A program made the translations under genes and the position numbers. Below the pieces are notes generated by a model, which was given only the letters and a program-made list of their open reading frames with translations, did not search any database and had not been told where the DNA came from. Positions 1-13,283 of a stretch of DNA of 64,000 bases are shown here, one piece after another. How positions within the stretch are numbered: position 1 is the first letter of the stretch; each line of letters begins with the position of its first letter. The stretch comes from Escherichia coli (GTDB taxonomy: Bacteria > Pseudomonadota > Gammaproteobacteria > Enterobacterales > Enterobacteriaceae): NCBI RefSeq assembly GCF_048403405.1, contig NZ_CP183129.1; one strand, 5' to 3'.

Positions 1-375
1 TGTAGCAATAAACATCCTCGTATTACCGATACCAGTAACTATGAACAAATTATCGCCGAAGAATTCACCTTGTTGATATCTAAATCAGCAGGGATTGACG
101 AAATTCAAATGGACATAGATGAACGTTTTATGAACCGTAAAGTTTCATTTCGCAGTTCTTCTTTGTTGACGATAATTAATAGTATTTCTGTTACTGACTT
201 ATTGGGCATTGTGCCCACCGAACTGTACGATTTACATCGTGATTTTTTGAAGTTACAAGAGATAAAACTGGAACGACCACTTCCTGCGGTTAAACTTTAT
301 ATTTCCTATAACAAGGCTTCGTTGAACAACCTTGTCTTCTCACGATTCATAGATCGTTTAAATGATAGCTTCTGA
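1..375 (+). CDS. ybdO: LysR-family transcriptional regulator, C-terminal part (5' end lies outside the window)
   Basis: Frame 1 is open from base 1 to the stop at 375; position next to ybdN matches K-12 gene order. Identity rests on synteny and a LysR-like C-terminal region only. Confidence 0.5.
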   Translation, partial: CSNKHPRITDTSNYEQIIAEEFTLLISKSAGIDEIQMDIDERFMNRKVSFRSSSLLTIINSISVTDLLGIVPTELYDLHRDFLKLQEIKLERPLPAVKLYISYNKASLNNLVFSRFIDRLNDSF

Positions 376-521
376 TTTATTACCACTGATAAATGTTATA
401 TTACGCATCAATTGATTCATTGTGTGAATATAAAATAATGTGCTCTATCTTGCTTCGTTTACCCTATAATTAGCGGATTCATCTCACGAGTCACCCCGTA
501 ACGTTCAGAGAGCGTTTTCAG

Positions 522-1742
522 ATGTCTATTTATAAAATCCCGCTTCCACTGAATATTCTGGAAGCTGCAAAAGAACGTATTACCTGGACACTTAACACCC
601 TACCCCGCGTCTGCGTTTCTTTTTCGGGTGGTAAAGATTCCGGATTAATGCTGCATCTGACCGCCGAACTTGCCCGACAAATGGGCAAAAAAATTTGTGT
701 TTTATTTATCGACTGGGAAGCTCAGTTCTCTTGCACCATTAACTATATTCAGTCCCTGCGCGAGTTGTACACCGATGTCATCGAAGAGTTTTACTGGGTT
801 GCGCTCCCGCTTACAACGCAAAATTCCCTATCACAATACCAACCCGAATGGCAGTGCTGGGAACCTGATGTCGAATGGGTACGTCAGCCCCCGCAAGATG
901 CGATAACCGATCCTGACTTTTTCTCCTTTTACCAGCCTGGCATGACCTTCGAACAATTTGTGCGTGAGTTTGCCGAATGGTTTTCGCAAAAACGTCCGGC
1001 GGCGATGATGATCGGCATCCGTGCGGATGAGTCCTACAACCGTTTTGTCGCCATCGCCAGTTTAAATAAACAACGTTTTGCCGATGATAAGCCCTGGACT
1101 ACTGCCGCACCAGGCGGTCATAGCTGGTACATTTACCCCATCTACGACTGGAAAGTCGCTGATATCTGGACCTGGTATGCAAATCATCAAAGTCTCTGCA
1201 ACCCACTGTATAACCTAATGTATCAGGCAGGCGTTCCTCTGCGTCATATGCGAATTTGCGAACCTTTTGGTCCGGAACAACGGCAAGGATTATGGCTCTA
1301 TCACGTTATCGAACCGGATCGCTGGGCTGCTATGTGCGCACGAGTCAGCGGGGTAAAAAGTGGCGGCATTTACGCCGGACATGACAACCATTTTTATGGT
1401 CATCGGAAAATCCTCAAGCCCGAACATTTAGACTGGCAGGAGTATGCATTATTGCTACTCAACAGCATGCCGGAGAAAACAGCTGAGCATTATCGCAATA
1501 AAATCGCCATTTATTTGCACTGGTATCAGAAAAAAGGCATCGAGGTTCCACAAACCCAGCAAGGGGACATTGGCGCGAAAGATATCCCCTCCTGGCGGCG
1601 AATATGCAAAGTTTTACTCAATAACGATTACTGGTGTCGGGCATTATCATTTAGCCCGACCAAAGCGAAGAACTATCAGCGTTATAACGAACGAATAAAA
1701 GGAAAACGTCAGGAATGGGGGATACTATGCAACAACGATTAA
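522..1742 (+). CDS. ybdN: PAPS reductase-like / PP-loop ATP pyrophosphatase family protein
   Basis: 406-aa ORF with PP-loop motif SFSGGKDS near the N-terminus; synteny with ybdM and ybdL. Confidence 0.85.
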   Translation: MSIYKIPLPLNILEAAKERITWTLNTLPRVCVSFSGGKDSGLMLHLTAELARQMGKKICVLFIDWEAQFSCTINYIQSLRELYTDVIEEFYWVALPLTTQNSLSQYQPEWQCWEPDVEWVRQPPQDAITDPDFFSFYQPGMTFEQFVREFAEWFSQKRPAAMMIGIRADESYNRFVAIASLNKQRFADDKPWTTAAPGGHSWYIYPIYDWKVADIWTWYANHQSLCNPLYNLMYQAGVPLRHMRICEPFGPEQRQGLWLYHVIEPDRWAAMCARVSGVKSGGIYAGHDNHFYGHRKILKPEHLDWQEYALLLLNSMPEKTAEHYRNKIAIYLHWYQKKGIEVPQTQQGDIGAKDIPSWRRICKVLLNNDYWCRALSFSPTKAKNYQRYNERIKGKRQEWGILCNND

Positions 1743-2344
1743 CGCAGGATTTAACCCAATTTCTCGCCAGCTTGCCGGAAGACGATCGCATCAAAGCGAT
1801 TAATGAAATCCGCATGGCGATCCATCAGGTTAGCCCCTTTCGAGAAGAGCCAGTGGATTGCGTTCTGTGGGTTAAAAACAGCCAACTTATGCCTAATGAT
1901 TACAACCCAAACAACGTGGCACCACCCGAAAAAAAACTGCTGAAAAAATCCATTGAAATAGATGGTTTTACCCAACCCATTGTGGTCACGCATACGGATA
2001 AAAATGCCCTGGAAATCGTGGATGGTTTTCACCGCCATGAAATTGGTAAAGGCTCATCATCGTTAAAATTACGCTTAAAAGGTTATTTGCCGGTGACCTG
2101 TCTGGAAGGTACGCGTAATCAACGCATCGCCGCGACTATTCGTCATAACCGCGCTCGTGGACGTCACCAAATCACTGCCATGTCAGAAATCGTCCGTGAA
2201 CTCAGCCAGTTGGGATGGGACGATAATAAAATTGGCAAAGAGCTGGGAATGGACAGCGACGAAGTGCTACGCCTGAAGCAAATTAACGGCCTGCAAGAGT
2301 TGTTTGCCGACCGTCAATATTCCCGCGCCTGGACGGTTAAATAG
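1715..2344 (+). CDS. ybdM: ParB/Spo0J-like nuclease-domain protein
   Basis: 209-aa ORF overlapping ybdN by 28 bp; length and position match K-12 YbdM. Confidence 0.8.
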   Translation: MGDTMQQRLTQDLTQFLASLPEDDRIKAINEIRMAIHQVSPFREEPVDCVLWVKNSQLMPNDYNPNNVAPPEKKLLKKSIEIDGFTQPIVVTHTDKNALEIVDGFHRHEIGKGSSSLKLRLKGYLPVTCLEGTRNQRIAATIRHNRARGRHQITAMSEIVRELSQLGWDDNKIGKELGMDSDEVLRLKQINGLQELFADRQYSRAWTVK

Positions 2345-3505
2345 CTAAAGCTGGCGCAGGCGTTCAGCTGCTGCCAGCAACGTCGATTCCTTCTTGGCAA
2401 AACAGAGACGAATCAGTTTATGTGGGAAGGGATCGGCGCAAAACACCGATAGCGGAATCGCCGCTACGCCGTGCTCCTGCGTCAGCCACTGGCAAAACTC
2501 AACGTCATCCAGGGTAGATACGGCGCTGTAATCCACCAGCAAAAAGTATGTACCTTCGCACGGTAAAATCTCCAGCCGGCTTTCATTTAAGGCATTCACC
2601 AGAATATCGCGCTTCTGGCGATAAAAGTCCGGTAACGCAAGATAATGCTCAGGTTCTGCACGTAGCATATCGGCAAGCGCCAGCTGTGCCGGGGTATTCA
2701 CCGAAAAGGTCAGATACTGATGTACCTTGCGAATTTCGGCACTGATGGGCGCTGGCGCAACGCAATAACCCACTTTCCAGCCGGTCATATGATAGGTCTT
2801 GCCAAACGATGACACCGCCACCGCCCGCTCACGCAGCTGCGGATGCGCCTGCACGCTGGCATGGCCCTGTTGTGAAAAGTTGATGTGCTCGTAAACTTCA
2901 TCGCTAATGACAAAAATCTCGTGCCCGGCAATTGCCTGCCACAAAGCGGCGAAATCAGCCTGCTGCCAGACAGTTGCACTGGGGTTATGCGGGGTGTTGA
3001 GGATCACCAGTCGGGTGCGCTCGCTTAACAATGCGGCAAATTCCTGCCAGTCCACGCGAAAATGCGGTGGTTGCAGTGCAATACGTTTCACTATTCCCCC
3101 CGAAAGCGCGATGGCGGGCGCGTAACTGTCATAGCTGGGATCAAAGCAGATCACTTCATCACCATTGCGCACCAATGCGGTAATCGCTGCATATAACGCT
3201 TCCGTCGCCCCTGCCGTTACGGTGATATCACTATCGGCATCCGGTTGATAGCCATACAGACGTTCCGTTTTCTGAGCAATCGCCTCGCGCAAGGCCTGCA
3301 CGCCAGTCATAGGCGCGTATTGGTTTGCCCCCTGGTCAACATGGTACGCCAGCCGCTCCTGCAAATAGCGCGGACCATCAAAATCAGGAAAGCCTTGCGA
3401 AAGGTTAATCGCCTGGTGTTGCTGCGCCAGCGCGCTCATCTGGGTGAAAATAGTGGTGCCAAGTTGTGGAAGTTTGCTTTGTGGAATCAGAGGGTTATTT
3501 GTCAT
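2345..3505 (-). CDS. ybdL: PLP-dependent methionine aminotransferase
   Basis: 386-aa ORF with class I aminotransferase features; synteny. Confidence 0.9.
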   Translation of the reverse strand: MTNNPLIPQSKLPQLGTTIFTQMSALAQQHQAINLSQGFPDFDGPRYLQERLAYHVDQGANQYAPMTGVQALREAIAQKTERLYGYQPDADSDITVTAGATEALYAAITALVRNGDEVICFDPSYDSYAPAIALSGGIVKRIALQPPHFRVDWQEFAALLSERTRLVILNTPHNPSATVWQQADFAALWQAIAGHEIFVISDEVYEHINFSQQGHASVQAHPQLRERAVAVSSFGKTYHMTGWKVGYCVAPAPISAEIRKVHQYLTFSVNTPAQLALADMLRAEPEHYLALPDFYRQKRDILVNALNESRLEILPCEGTYFLLVDYSAVSTLDDVEFCQWLTQEHGVAAIPLSVFCADPFPHKLIRLCFAKKESTLLAAAERLRQL

Positions 3506-3612
3506 TTTTTATTGTGCCTGACGAAGTTGTGTTGAAGGCACTATAACACGATGCTAGCATTTGGCAATCAAGACGTTTAGATGTCTAAATAAAACAATAA
3601 GGACAACACAAC

Positions 3613-4701
3613 ATGCCTCACAATCCTATCCGCGTGGTCGTCGGCCCGGCTAACTACTTTTCACATCCCGGCAGTCTCAATCACCTGCACGATTTTTTCA
3701 CTGATGAACAACTTTCTCGCGCGGTGTGGATCTACGGCGAACGCGCCATTGCTGCGGCGCAAACAAAACTTCCGCCAGCGTTTGAACTGCCAGGGGCAAA
3801 GCATATTTTGTTTCGCGGCCATTGCAGCGAAAGCGATGTACAACAACTGGCGGCTGAGTCCGGTGACGATCGCAGCGTGGTGATTGGCGTCGGCGGCGGC
3901 GCACTGCTCGACACCGCGAAAGCCCTCGCCCGCCGTCTCGGTCTGCCGTTTGTTGCCGTTCCGACGATCGCCGCCACCTGCGCCGCCTGGACACCGCTCT
4001 CCGTCTGGTATAACGATGCCGGACAGGCGCTGCATTATGAGATTTTCGACGACGCCAATTTTATGGTGCTGGTGGAGCCAGAGATTATCCTCAATGCGCC
4101 GCAAGAATATCTGCTGGCGGGGATCGGTGACACGCTGGCGAAATGGTATGAAGCGGTGGTGCTGGCCCCGCAACCAGAAACGTTGCCGCTAACCGTGCGA
4201 CTGGGGATCAATAATGCGCAGGCCATTCGCGACGTCTTGTTAAACAGTAGCGAACAGGCGCTTGCCGATCAGCAAAATCACCAGTTAACGCAATCATTTT
4301 GCGATGTGGTGGATGCGATTATCGCCGGAGGTGGAATGGTCGGTGGTCTGGGCGATCGTTTTACGCGTGTGGCGGCGGCCCATGCCGTGCATAACGGTCT
4401 GACCGTTTTGCCGCAAACCGAGAAGTTTCTCCACGGCACCAAAGTCGCCTACGGAATTCTGGTGCAAAGCGCCTTGCTGGGTCAGGATGATGTGCTGGCG
4501 CAATTAACTGGAGCGTATCAGCGTTTTCATCTGCCGACTACGCTGGCGGAGCTGGAAGTGGATATCAATAATCAGGCGGAGATCGACAAAGTGATTGCCC
4601 ACACCTTGCGTCCGGTGGAATCCATTCATTACCTGCCGGTCACGCTGACACCGGATACGTTGCGTGCAGCGTTCGAAAAAGTGGAATCGTTTAAAGCCTG
4701 A
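3613..4701 (+). CDS. ybdH: iron-containing alcohol / hydroxycarboxylate dehydrogenase (glycerol dehydrogenase-like)
   Basis: 362-aa ORF with GVGGGALLDTAK nucleotide-binding motif; synteny. Confidence 0.85.
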   Translation: MPHNPIRVVVGPANYFSHPGSLNHLHDFFTDEQLSRAVWIYGERAIAAAQTKLPPAFELPGAKHILFRGHCSESDVQQLAAESGDDRSVVIGVGGGALLDTAKALARRLGLPFVAVPTIAATCAAWTPLSVWYNDAGQALHYEIFDDANFMVLVEPEIILNAPQEYLLAGIGDTLAKWYEAVVLAPQPETLPLTVRLGINNAQAIRDVLLNSSEQALADQQNHQLTQSFCDVVDAIIAGGGMVGGLGDRFTRVAAAHAVHNGLTVLPQTEKFLHGTKVAYGILVQSALLGQDDVLAQLTGAYQRFHLPTTLAELEVDINNQAEIDKVIAHTLRPVESIHYLPVTLTPDTLRAAFEKVESFKA

Positions 4702-4710
4702 CGTACATAT

Positions 4711-4908
4711 TTAGCAGCAGCGCGCGCCGCCTTTTCCACCGTAGCGCGCGTCCTGCCGCTCACGGAAAAACTCCTCGTAGGTCATCGGCGTTTGATCGGG
4801 ATGGTTAACCCGCATATGTTCGACATAGTTGTCGTAATCAGGCATACCAATCATCAGTTTCGCCGCCTGACCTAAATATTTTCCGGCTTTTGCCAGTGAA
4901 TCAAACAT
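4711..4908 (-). CDS. ybdD: small DUF466 protein (CstA partner)
   Basis: 65-aa ORF immediately downstream of cstA on the same strand. Confidence 0.8.
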   Translation of the reverse strand: MFDSLAKAGKYLGQAAKLMIGMPDYDNYVEHMRVNHPDQTPMTYEEFFRERQDARYGGKGGARCC

Positions 4909-5020
4909 CTAAACCTCCGGTAATACAAATGCCCTCCTGAATTAAGAGGGCTTAATTGCTATCAACACGCTCGGGCTGAGAGTAAGGGGAACGCTCAGCA
5001 CATCCCCCCTCACTCTGACT

Positions 5021-7126
5021 TTAGTGCGCGCCTTTCGCCTGCGCCACGATCTCTTCGACATTTTCCGGCATCGGCTCATATGGCGTTTCTTTCGCCGTTG
5101 GCTTCGGCTCTTTCAATGCCGCCAGTGCCGTCTTAATCGAGAACAGCGCCAGAACCACCACGACCACCATAAAGAAGATGGTTAACCCGGCATCAAGACG
5201 GTTGTTGAATACCAGTTGCGCCAGCTGTGACTCAGTATACTGCGACGGAATATTGCCGCTGTCGATCATTGCCTGGAACTTATTAGCAATCGCCAGGAAG
5301 CCGACTTTCGCATCCGGGCTAAACGCTTTCTGCCAGCCTGCGGTCAGGGTACAAATCAGCAGCCAGGCCGTTGGTACCAGCGCCACCCAGGCGTAACGTT
5401 GACGTTTCATTTTGAACAGCACCACAGCACAGAGCATCAGCGCCATCCCTGCCAGCATCTGGTTGGCAATACCAAACAGCGGCCACAAGGTGTTAATACC
5501 GCCCAGCGGATCGACCACACCCTGATGGAGGAAGTAGCCCCACGCCAGTACGCACAGCGCCGTTGCCAGCAGGTTAGCAGGCAGTGAATCGGTCCGTTTC
5601 AGGCCCGGAGACACCACGCCCAGCAGATCCTGCAACATAAAGCGCGCAGCACGCGTACCTGCATCCACCGCCGTCAGAATAAACAGTGCTTCAAACAAAA
5701 TGGCGAAGTGATACCAGAACGCCACATCCATCATGCCGCCCAGCGCGCCGTGCAGAATGTAGGCCATCCCCACCGCCAGCGTCGGCGCACCGCCCGCACG
5801 GGAAATGATCGACTGTTCACCCACTTCGCTGGCAATCTGGTTGAGCGTATCTGGTGTAATGCTAAATCCCCAGCTACTCACCACCTGCGCGGCAGAAGCA
5901 ACCACATCCGCCGTACCTGCCGGAGCCAGCACCGCCATCGGGCTGTTCATAGCGAAGTACACACCCGGATCGATGATACAGGCGGAAACCAGCGCCATAA
6001 TCGCCACGAAGGATTCCATCAACATCCCACCGTAGCCGATAAAGCACGCCTGCCCTTCGTTCGCCAGCATCTTCGGTGTAGTGCCGGAAGAGATCAGTGC
6101 ATGGAAGCCAGACACCGCGCCACAGGCGATGGTGATAAACAGGAACGGGAACAGGTTACCGGTCCATACCGGGCCAGTGCCATCGACAAATTTAGTTAGC
6201 GCAGGCATGGTCAGCGTCGGGCGCATAATCAAAATGCCCACCGCCAGACCGACGATAGTCCCGATTTTCAGGAAGGTAGAGAGGTAGTCACGCGGAGCCA
6301 GCAGCAACCACACCGGCAGCACCGCCGCCACAAAACCGTAACCCACCAGCATCCAGGTCAGCTGCACGCCGGTAAAGTCAAAGTACGGTGCCCAGGTCGG
6401 ACTTTCTGCCACCCAGCCGCCAGAGATAATGGCGAAAATCAGGAATACCAGACCGATGACCGACACTTCACCAATACGCCCCGGACGCAGATAGCGCAGG
6501 TAGATCCCCATAAACAGCGCCAGCGGAATGGTGAACGCAACGGTATACGTTCCCCACGGGCTATGAGTCAGGGCTTTCACCACGATCATCGCCAGTACGG
6601 CAAGGATAATGACCATGATCATAAAGCAGGCCACCAGCGCTATCACCCCGGCGGTTGGCCCCATCTCTTCTTTGACCAGCTCACCCAGCGAGCGACCGTC
6701 ACGGCGCGTAGAAACAAACAGCACCATGAAATCCTGCACCGCACCGGCGAGAACCACCCCGGCGAGCAGCCAGATCATCCCCGGCAGGTAGCCCATTTGC
6801 GCTGCCAGCACCGGCCCAACCAGCGGACCTGCTCCGGCAATGGCCGCAAAATGGTGACCGAACAGCACTTTCTTGTCCGTCGGCACATAGTCCAGCCCGT
6901 CGTTATGGCGCACCGCTGGCGTCATACGCGTCGGGTCAACCGCCAGCACATTTTTGGCGATATACAGACCATAAAAACGGTAAGCGATCAGATAGATACA
7001 GACCGACGCCACCACAATCCACAGCGCGTTGATCTGTTCCCCACGATTTAAAGCAATGTATCCCAGAGCAAATGCTCCCATTACAGAGAGCACTGTCCAG
7101 ACGAGGTATTTCCCTGATTTGTTCAT
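5021..7126 (-). CDS. cstA: carbon starvation protein A (peptide/pyruvate transporter)
   Basis: 701-aa polytopic membrane protein ORF; matches recalled CstA. Confidence 0.95.
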   Translation of the reverse strand: MNKSGKYLVWTVLSVMGAFALGYIALNRGEQINALWIVVASVCIYLIAYRFYGLYIAKNVLAVDPTRMTPAVRHNDGLDYVPTDKKVLFGHHFAAIAGAGPLVGPVLAAQMGYLPGMIWLLAGVVLAGAVQDFMVLFVSTRRDGRSLGELVKEEMGPTAGVIALVACFMIMVIILAVLAMIVVKALTHSPWGTYTVAFTIPLALFMGIYLRYLRPGRIGEVSVIGLVFLIFAIISGGWVAESPTWAPYFDFTGVQLTWMLVGYGFVAAVLPVWLLLAPRDYLSTFLKIGTIVGLAVGILIMRPTLTMPALTKFVDGTGPVWTGNLFPFLFITIACGAVSGFHALISSGTTPKMLANEGQACFIGYGGMLMESFVAIMALVSACIIDPGVYFAMNSPMAVLAPAGTADVVASAAQVVSSWGFSITPDTLNQIASEVGEQSIISRAGGAPTLAVGMAYILHGALGGMMDVAFWYHFAILFEALFILTAVDAGTRAARFMLQDLLGVVSPGLKRTDSLPANLLATALCVLAWGYFLHQGVVDPLGGINTLWPLFGIANQMLAGMALMLCAVVLFKMKRQRYAWVALVPTAWLLICTLTAGWQKAFSPDAKVGFLAIANKFQAMIDSGNIPSQYTESQLAQLVFNNRLDAGLTIFFMVVVVVLALFSIKTALAALKEPKPTAKETPYEPMPENVEEIVAQAKGAH

Positions 7127-7306
7127 AGTTGTTATCCGTGTGCGTGTCCATAGAGATGTTACATTTTGTTTCTATAACATCTTTGTACAATTTAACAACA
7201 CAGCAACCATGTAAATCGGAGTTGAAACCAATATTTAACTTAACAATGTTAACTCGATCACTCCGTTAACCGAGTTTTCCTGCAATCTCATTTAATTCTG
7301 TCGGGC

Positions 7307-8468
<1,162 letters not shown>

Positions 8469-8469
<1 letters not shown>

Positions 8470-9326
8470 TATTTCACCTCGCGGGAAAGTAGCTTCCACC
8501 AGGCGTCGATGGTCGGGTTTTTCGCCAGCATGACAAAGTCGATATCGCCATGCACTTTGCGCCAGCGCGCCGCCAGCGCCATCATGCGCACCGAATCCAG
8601 ACCGTAGTCGATCAGGTTGTCGTCATCGAACGGTTCATCGGACTCGTCCAGCAACGGCAGGATCACCTCACGCAGCGCCGCTTTGCTGGCGGGGATAGGT
8701 GCTGGCAGTAATTCTTCGGTCATCACCACCCGGCCAGAACGTCCGGCCACATATTTCAGCGACATCAAATGCTCGTCACGGCTGAAATCGGCCAGCGCAT
8801 CTGCCACCATAAACGGTTTAATATCGCGCATAAATGCGTCGGTTGCGGTGGTCATACAGCCAATGTGGGCATATACCCCGGTAATAATCAGCTGGTTACG
8901 TCCACTCTCTTTCAGCATTTGCTCCAGCGGGGAACGATGAAACGCGCTGTAGCGCCACTTCACCAGCACCGTGTCGTCGGCATCTGGCGTCAGGCTATCC
9001 ACCACCTTTTGCTGTTCCGGCGAACGGGTCAGGCCAGGCCCCCACATATCATTCAACAGCGCCCGATCTTCATCGCTCTGCTCTTTCGGCTGGGCGGTGT
9101 AATAAACCGGGATATTGTGCTGTTTGCAGTAGTCGCGTAGTGCCGCAATATTCGCGATCACCTGCTCCATCATCGGGCAGTTCTCGCCCCAGAAGCTGAC
9201 AAAATAGTCCTGCATATCATGGATTAACAACGCGGCACGTTGCGGTTCAAAGGCCCAGTCGACTTTATTCTGCGGAATATCGTGAGACTCCGGCAGTGCG
9301 TAAGCCTGTAATTTTGGAATAGCCAT
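8469..9326 (-). CDS. entB: isochorismatase / aryl carrier protein
   Basis: 285-aa ORF; matches EntB. Confidence 0.95.
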
Positions 9327-9339
9327 CGTGTTCTCTCCT

Positions 9340-10950
9340 TCAGGCTGATGCGCGTGACGCCAGCCACTGACGTAATTGTTTTTTATCGACTTTCCCGACC
9401 GCCGTCAGCGGAAGTGAATCCACACACTCCACGCGATCCGGTAATTTAAATTCGGCAATACCCTGTTCACGCAGGAAACGACGCACCTGCACCGCGCGTA
9501 GAGGCTCTTTTACCACCAGATAAGCACAGCTTTTTTCGCCCATCAGCTCATCTTCCATGCTCACCAGTGCGGCGTAGATCACCGCCGGATGGCGCAGCAG
9601 CAGGTTTTCGATCTCTTCGGCAGCGATCTTCTCGCCGCCACGGTTGATCTGATCTTTCTCGCGCCCCTGCACGGTGATGTACCCCTCTGGATCAATAGAG
9701 ATCAGATCACCAGAACAGTAAAAACCGTTGGCATCAAAGGCGCTGGCATTGTGCTGCGGGCTTTTGTAATAGCCGCGGAAGGTGTACGGACCGCGCGTCA
9801 TCAGGCGTCCGACTTCCCCTTGCGGCAGTGGATTTCCTTCGGCATCGGCAACCCACACTTCATCGTCCGGACACATTGGATAGCCCTGGGTATGGATTAT
9901 TTTCTCCGCGCTATCATCAAGTCGGGTGTAGTTCACCAGTCCTTCCGCCATGCCGAATACCTGCTGTAACTGGCAGCCAATCTCTGCGGGAATACGCGCC
10001 GCAAGCGTGGCAGAAAGACGTGCACCACCGACCTGTAACAGTTTCAGCGAGGCAAGCTGCGCCCGGCTTTCGCCTTCGGTCAGCGCCTGTAACCACAGGC
10101 TGACTGCGGGTGGCACCAGCGCGGTGACGTTCACCTGATGTTTTTCAATCAATGGGAAGCAGAGCGTGGCGCTGGGGTCGGCAGCCAGAACGACAGTGCC
10201 GCCAGCGAGAAATACGCCCAGCGATCCTGGCGAACTCATGGCGTAGTTATGAGCCGCCGGGATCGCGCACAGGTAGCGTGTCTGTTGTGTGAACTGACAA
10301 ATCTCGACGCTACGACGCACGCTGTAGTAGTAGTCGTTATGAGTGCGCGGGATCAGTTTCGGTGTGCCGGTGGTGCCGCCGGAAAGCTGGAAATAGGCCA
10401 CTTCATCAGCAGGTGACGGCGTGGCAGTAAAATCCTCAGCCGGATGGTTAATCGCATCCTGCAAGTTATGCTCACCGCTGTCGTTGTGCAGTTGCACCAC
10501 GCGAATGGAGGAATGCTCTGCAACAAATGTATTGAGGAAATCATCTCCGCTAAACAGCGCATGCTGGCGATCGGCAATCAGTAACGCCGGTTCAATCTGG
10601 CTGGCATAGGCGTTCAGTTCACTACGCTGATGGCTGAACAGCGCCAGCACCGGCGCAACGCCCAGTTTCAGCAGTGCGAAAAAGGTAATGTAAAGTTCAG
10701 CGACGTTACCCAGTTGTACCAGCGCGGTTTCACCAGGTTTAATGCCCTGACGGCGTAAACTACACGCGAGGTTATCCGCCGCCTGATTCAGCTCTCGGTA
10801 ACTCAACTGCCGCTCGCCGTCGATAACCGCGATGCTGTCACTCGCAGCGTGGCGGGTCAGAATATCGGTCAGTGGCAAATCCTGCCAGTAGCCTTTTTCC
10901 CGATAGCGACGGGAAAACTCTTCCGGCCAGCGGGTGAATGGAATGCTCAT
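9340..10950 (-). CDS. entE: 2,3-dihydroxybenzoate-AMP ligase
   Basis: Adenylation-domain motifs (SGGTTGTPK); start placed at MSIPFTRW. Confidence 0.95.
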   Translation of the reverse strand: MSIPFTRWPEEFSRRYREKGYWQDLPLTDILTRHAASDSIAVIDGERQLSYRELNQAADNLACSLRRQGIKPGETALVQLGNVAELYITFFALLKLGVAPVLALFSHQRSELNAYASQIEPALLIADRQHALFSGDDFLNTFVAEHSSIRVVQLHNDSGEHNLQDAINHPAEDFTATPSPADEVAYFQLSGGTTGTPKLIPRTHNDYYYSVRRSVEICQFTQQTRYLCAIPAAHNYAMSSPGSLGVFLAGGTVVLAADPSATLCFPLIEKHQVNVTALVPPAVSLWLQALTEGESRAQLASLKLLQVGGARLSATLAARIPAEIGCQLQQVFGMAEGLVNYTRLDDSAEKIIHTQGYPMCPDDEVWVADAEGNPLPQGEVGRLMTRGPYTFRGYYKSPQHNASAFDANGFYCSGDLISIDPEGYITVQGREKDQINRGGEKIAAEEIENLLLRHPAVIYAALVSMEDELMGEKSCAYLVVKEPLRAVQVRRFLREQGIAEFKLPDRVECVDSLPLTAVGKVDKKQLRQWLASRASA

Positions 10951-10959
10951 CCTCACTCC

Positions 10960-12135
<1,176 letters not shown>

Positions 12136-12163
12136 ATCATCCTCCACAAAATGATAAAGGCTT

Positions 12164-12184
12164 TAATAATGATTATCATTTATA
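12164..12184. promoter_or_regulatory. Fur box in the divergent entC / fepB promoter region
   Basis: Sequence taataatgattatcatttat resembles the Fur consensus GATAATGATAATCATTATC; lies in the divergent intergenic region. Confidence 0.6.
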
Positions 12185-12323
12185 TTTTCGGTCGCTAACC
12201 TAAAAGCAAACGCGCACTATGTCAACTCTTGAGGTAACGCAATCTGCAACTCGGGGTTGCATCTGGTTGTGGTTACAATGAAAATGAGAAGCATTAACTT
12301 CATTAATAACAGGAAGCTGATTT

Positions 12324-13280
12324 GTGAGACTCGCCTCGCTCTACCGCAACGCCCTTCTATTAACAGGACTTTTGCTTTCAGGAATAGTCGCAGTTCAGGC
12401 CGCCGACTGGCCGCGTCAGATTACTGACAGCCGGGGCACTCATACCCTGGAAAGCCAGCCGCAGCGTATTGTTTCCACCAGCGTCACCCTGACTGGCTCA
12501 CTGCTGGCGATTGATGCTCCGGTGATTGCCAGCGGCGCGACCACGCCGAATAACCGCGTCGCGGATGACCAGGGCTTTTTACGCCAGTGGAGCAAGGTGG
12601 CGAAAGAACGCAAACTGCAACGGCTCTATATCGGCGAACCGAGCGCCGAAGCCGTTGCCGCGCAAATGCCGGATTTGATTTTAATTAGCGCAACCGGCGG
12701 GGATTCGGCGCTGGCGCTGTATGATCAGCTTTCCACCATCGCCCCGACATTAATCATCAATTACGACGACAAAAGCTGGCAGGCGCTGTTAACGCAACTT
12801 GGCGAAATTACCGGGCATGAGAAACAAGCGGCAGAGCGGATTGCACAGTTTGATAAGCAACTGGCGGCGGCGAAAGAGCAAATCAAATTACCGCCGCAGC
12901 CGGTCACTGCCATTGTCTATACCGCCGCCGCGCACAGTGCCAATCTCTGGACGCAGGAATCAGCACAAGGACAGATGCTGGAACAACTCGGCTTTACGCT
13001 GGCGAAGTTACCCGCAGGGTTAAACGCCAGCCAAAGCCAGGGCAAACGCCATGACATCATTCAGCTTGGTGGGGAAAATCTGGCTGCAGGGTTAAATGGC
13101 GAGTCACTATTCCTGTTCGCCGGTGATCAGAAAGATGCCGATGCGATTTATGCTAATCCACTGCTCGCGCACCTGCCTGCAGTACAAAACAAGCAAGTTT
13201 ATGCGCTGGGAACCGAGACGTTCCGTCTGGATTACTACAGCGCCATGCAAGTGCTGGAACGACTTAAGGCGCTGTTTTAA
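12324..13280 (+). CDS. fepB: ferrienterobactin periplasmic binding protein
   Basis: 318-aa ORF with signal peptide; synteny. Confidence 0.95.
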   Translation: MRLASLYRNALLLTGLLLSGIVAVQAADWPRQITDSRGTHTLESQPQRIVSTSVTLTGSLLAIDAPVIASGATTPNNRVADDQGFLRQWSKVAKERKLQRLYIGEPSAEAVAAQMPDLILISATGGDSALALYDQLSTIAPTLIINYDDKSWQALLTQLGEITGHEKQAAERIAQFDKQLAAAKEQIKLPPQPVTAIVYTAAAHSANLWTQESAQGQMLEQLGFTLAKLPAGLNASQSQGKRHDIIQLGGENLAAGLNGESLFLFAGDQKDADAIYANPLLAHLPAVQNKQVYALGTETFRLDYYSAMQVLERLKALF

Positions 13281-13283
13281 GCA

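Noticed and set aside
3661-4226. Cluster of overlapping 60-170-aa ORFs in both strands
   Set aside because: All lie within the ybdH coding region; GC-rich antisense artefacts.
4909-5020. Hairpin gccctcctgaattaagagggc between cstA and ybdD as a terminator
   Set aside because: Stem is short and not followed by a clear U-run on the transcribed strand, and ybdD is thought to be co-transcribed with cstA; not confident enough to call.
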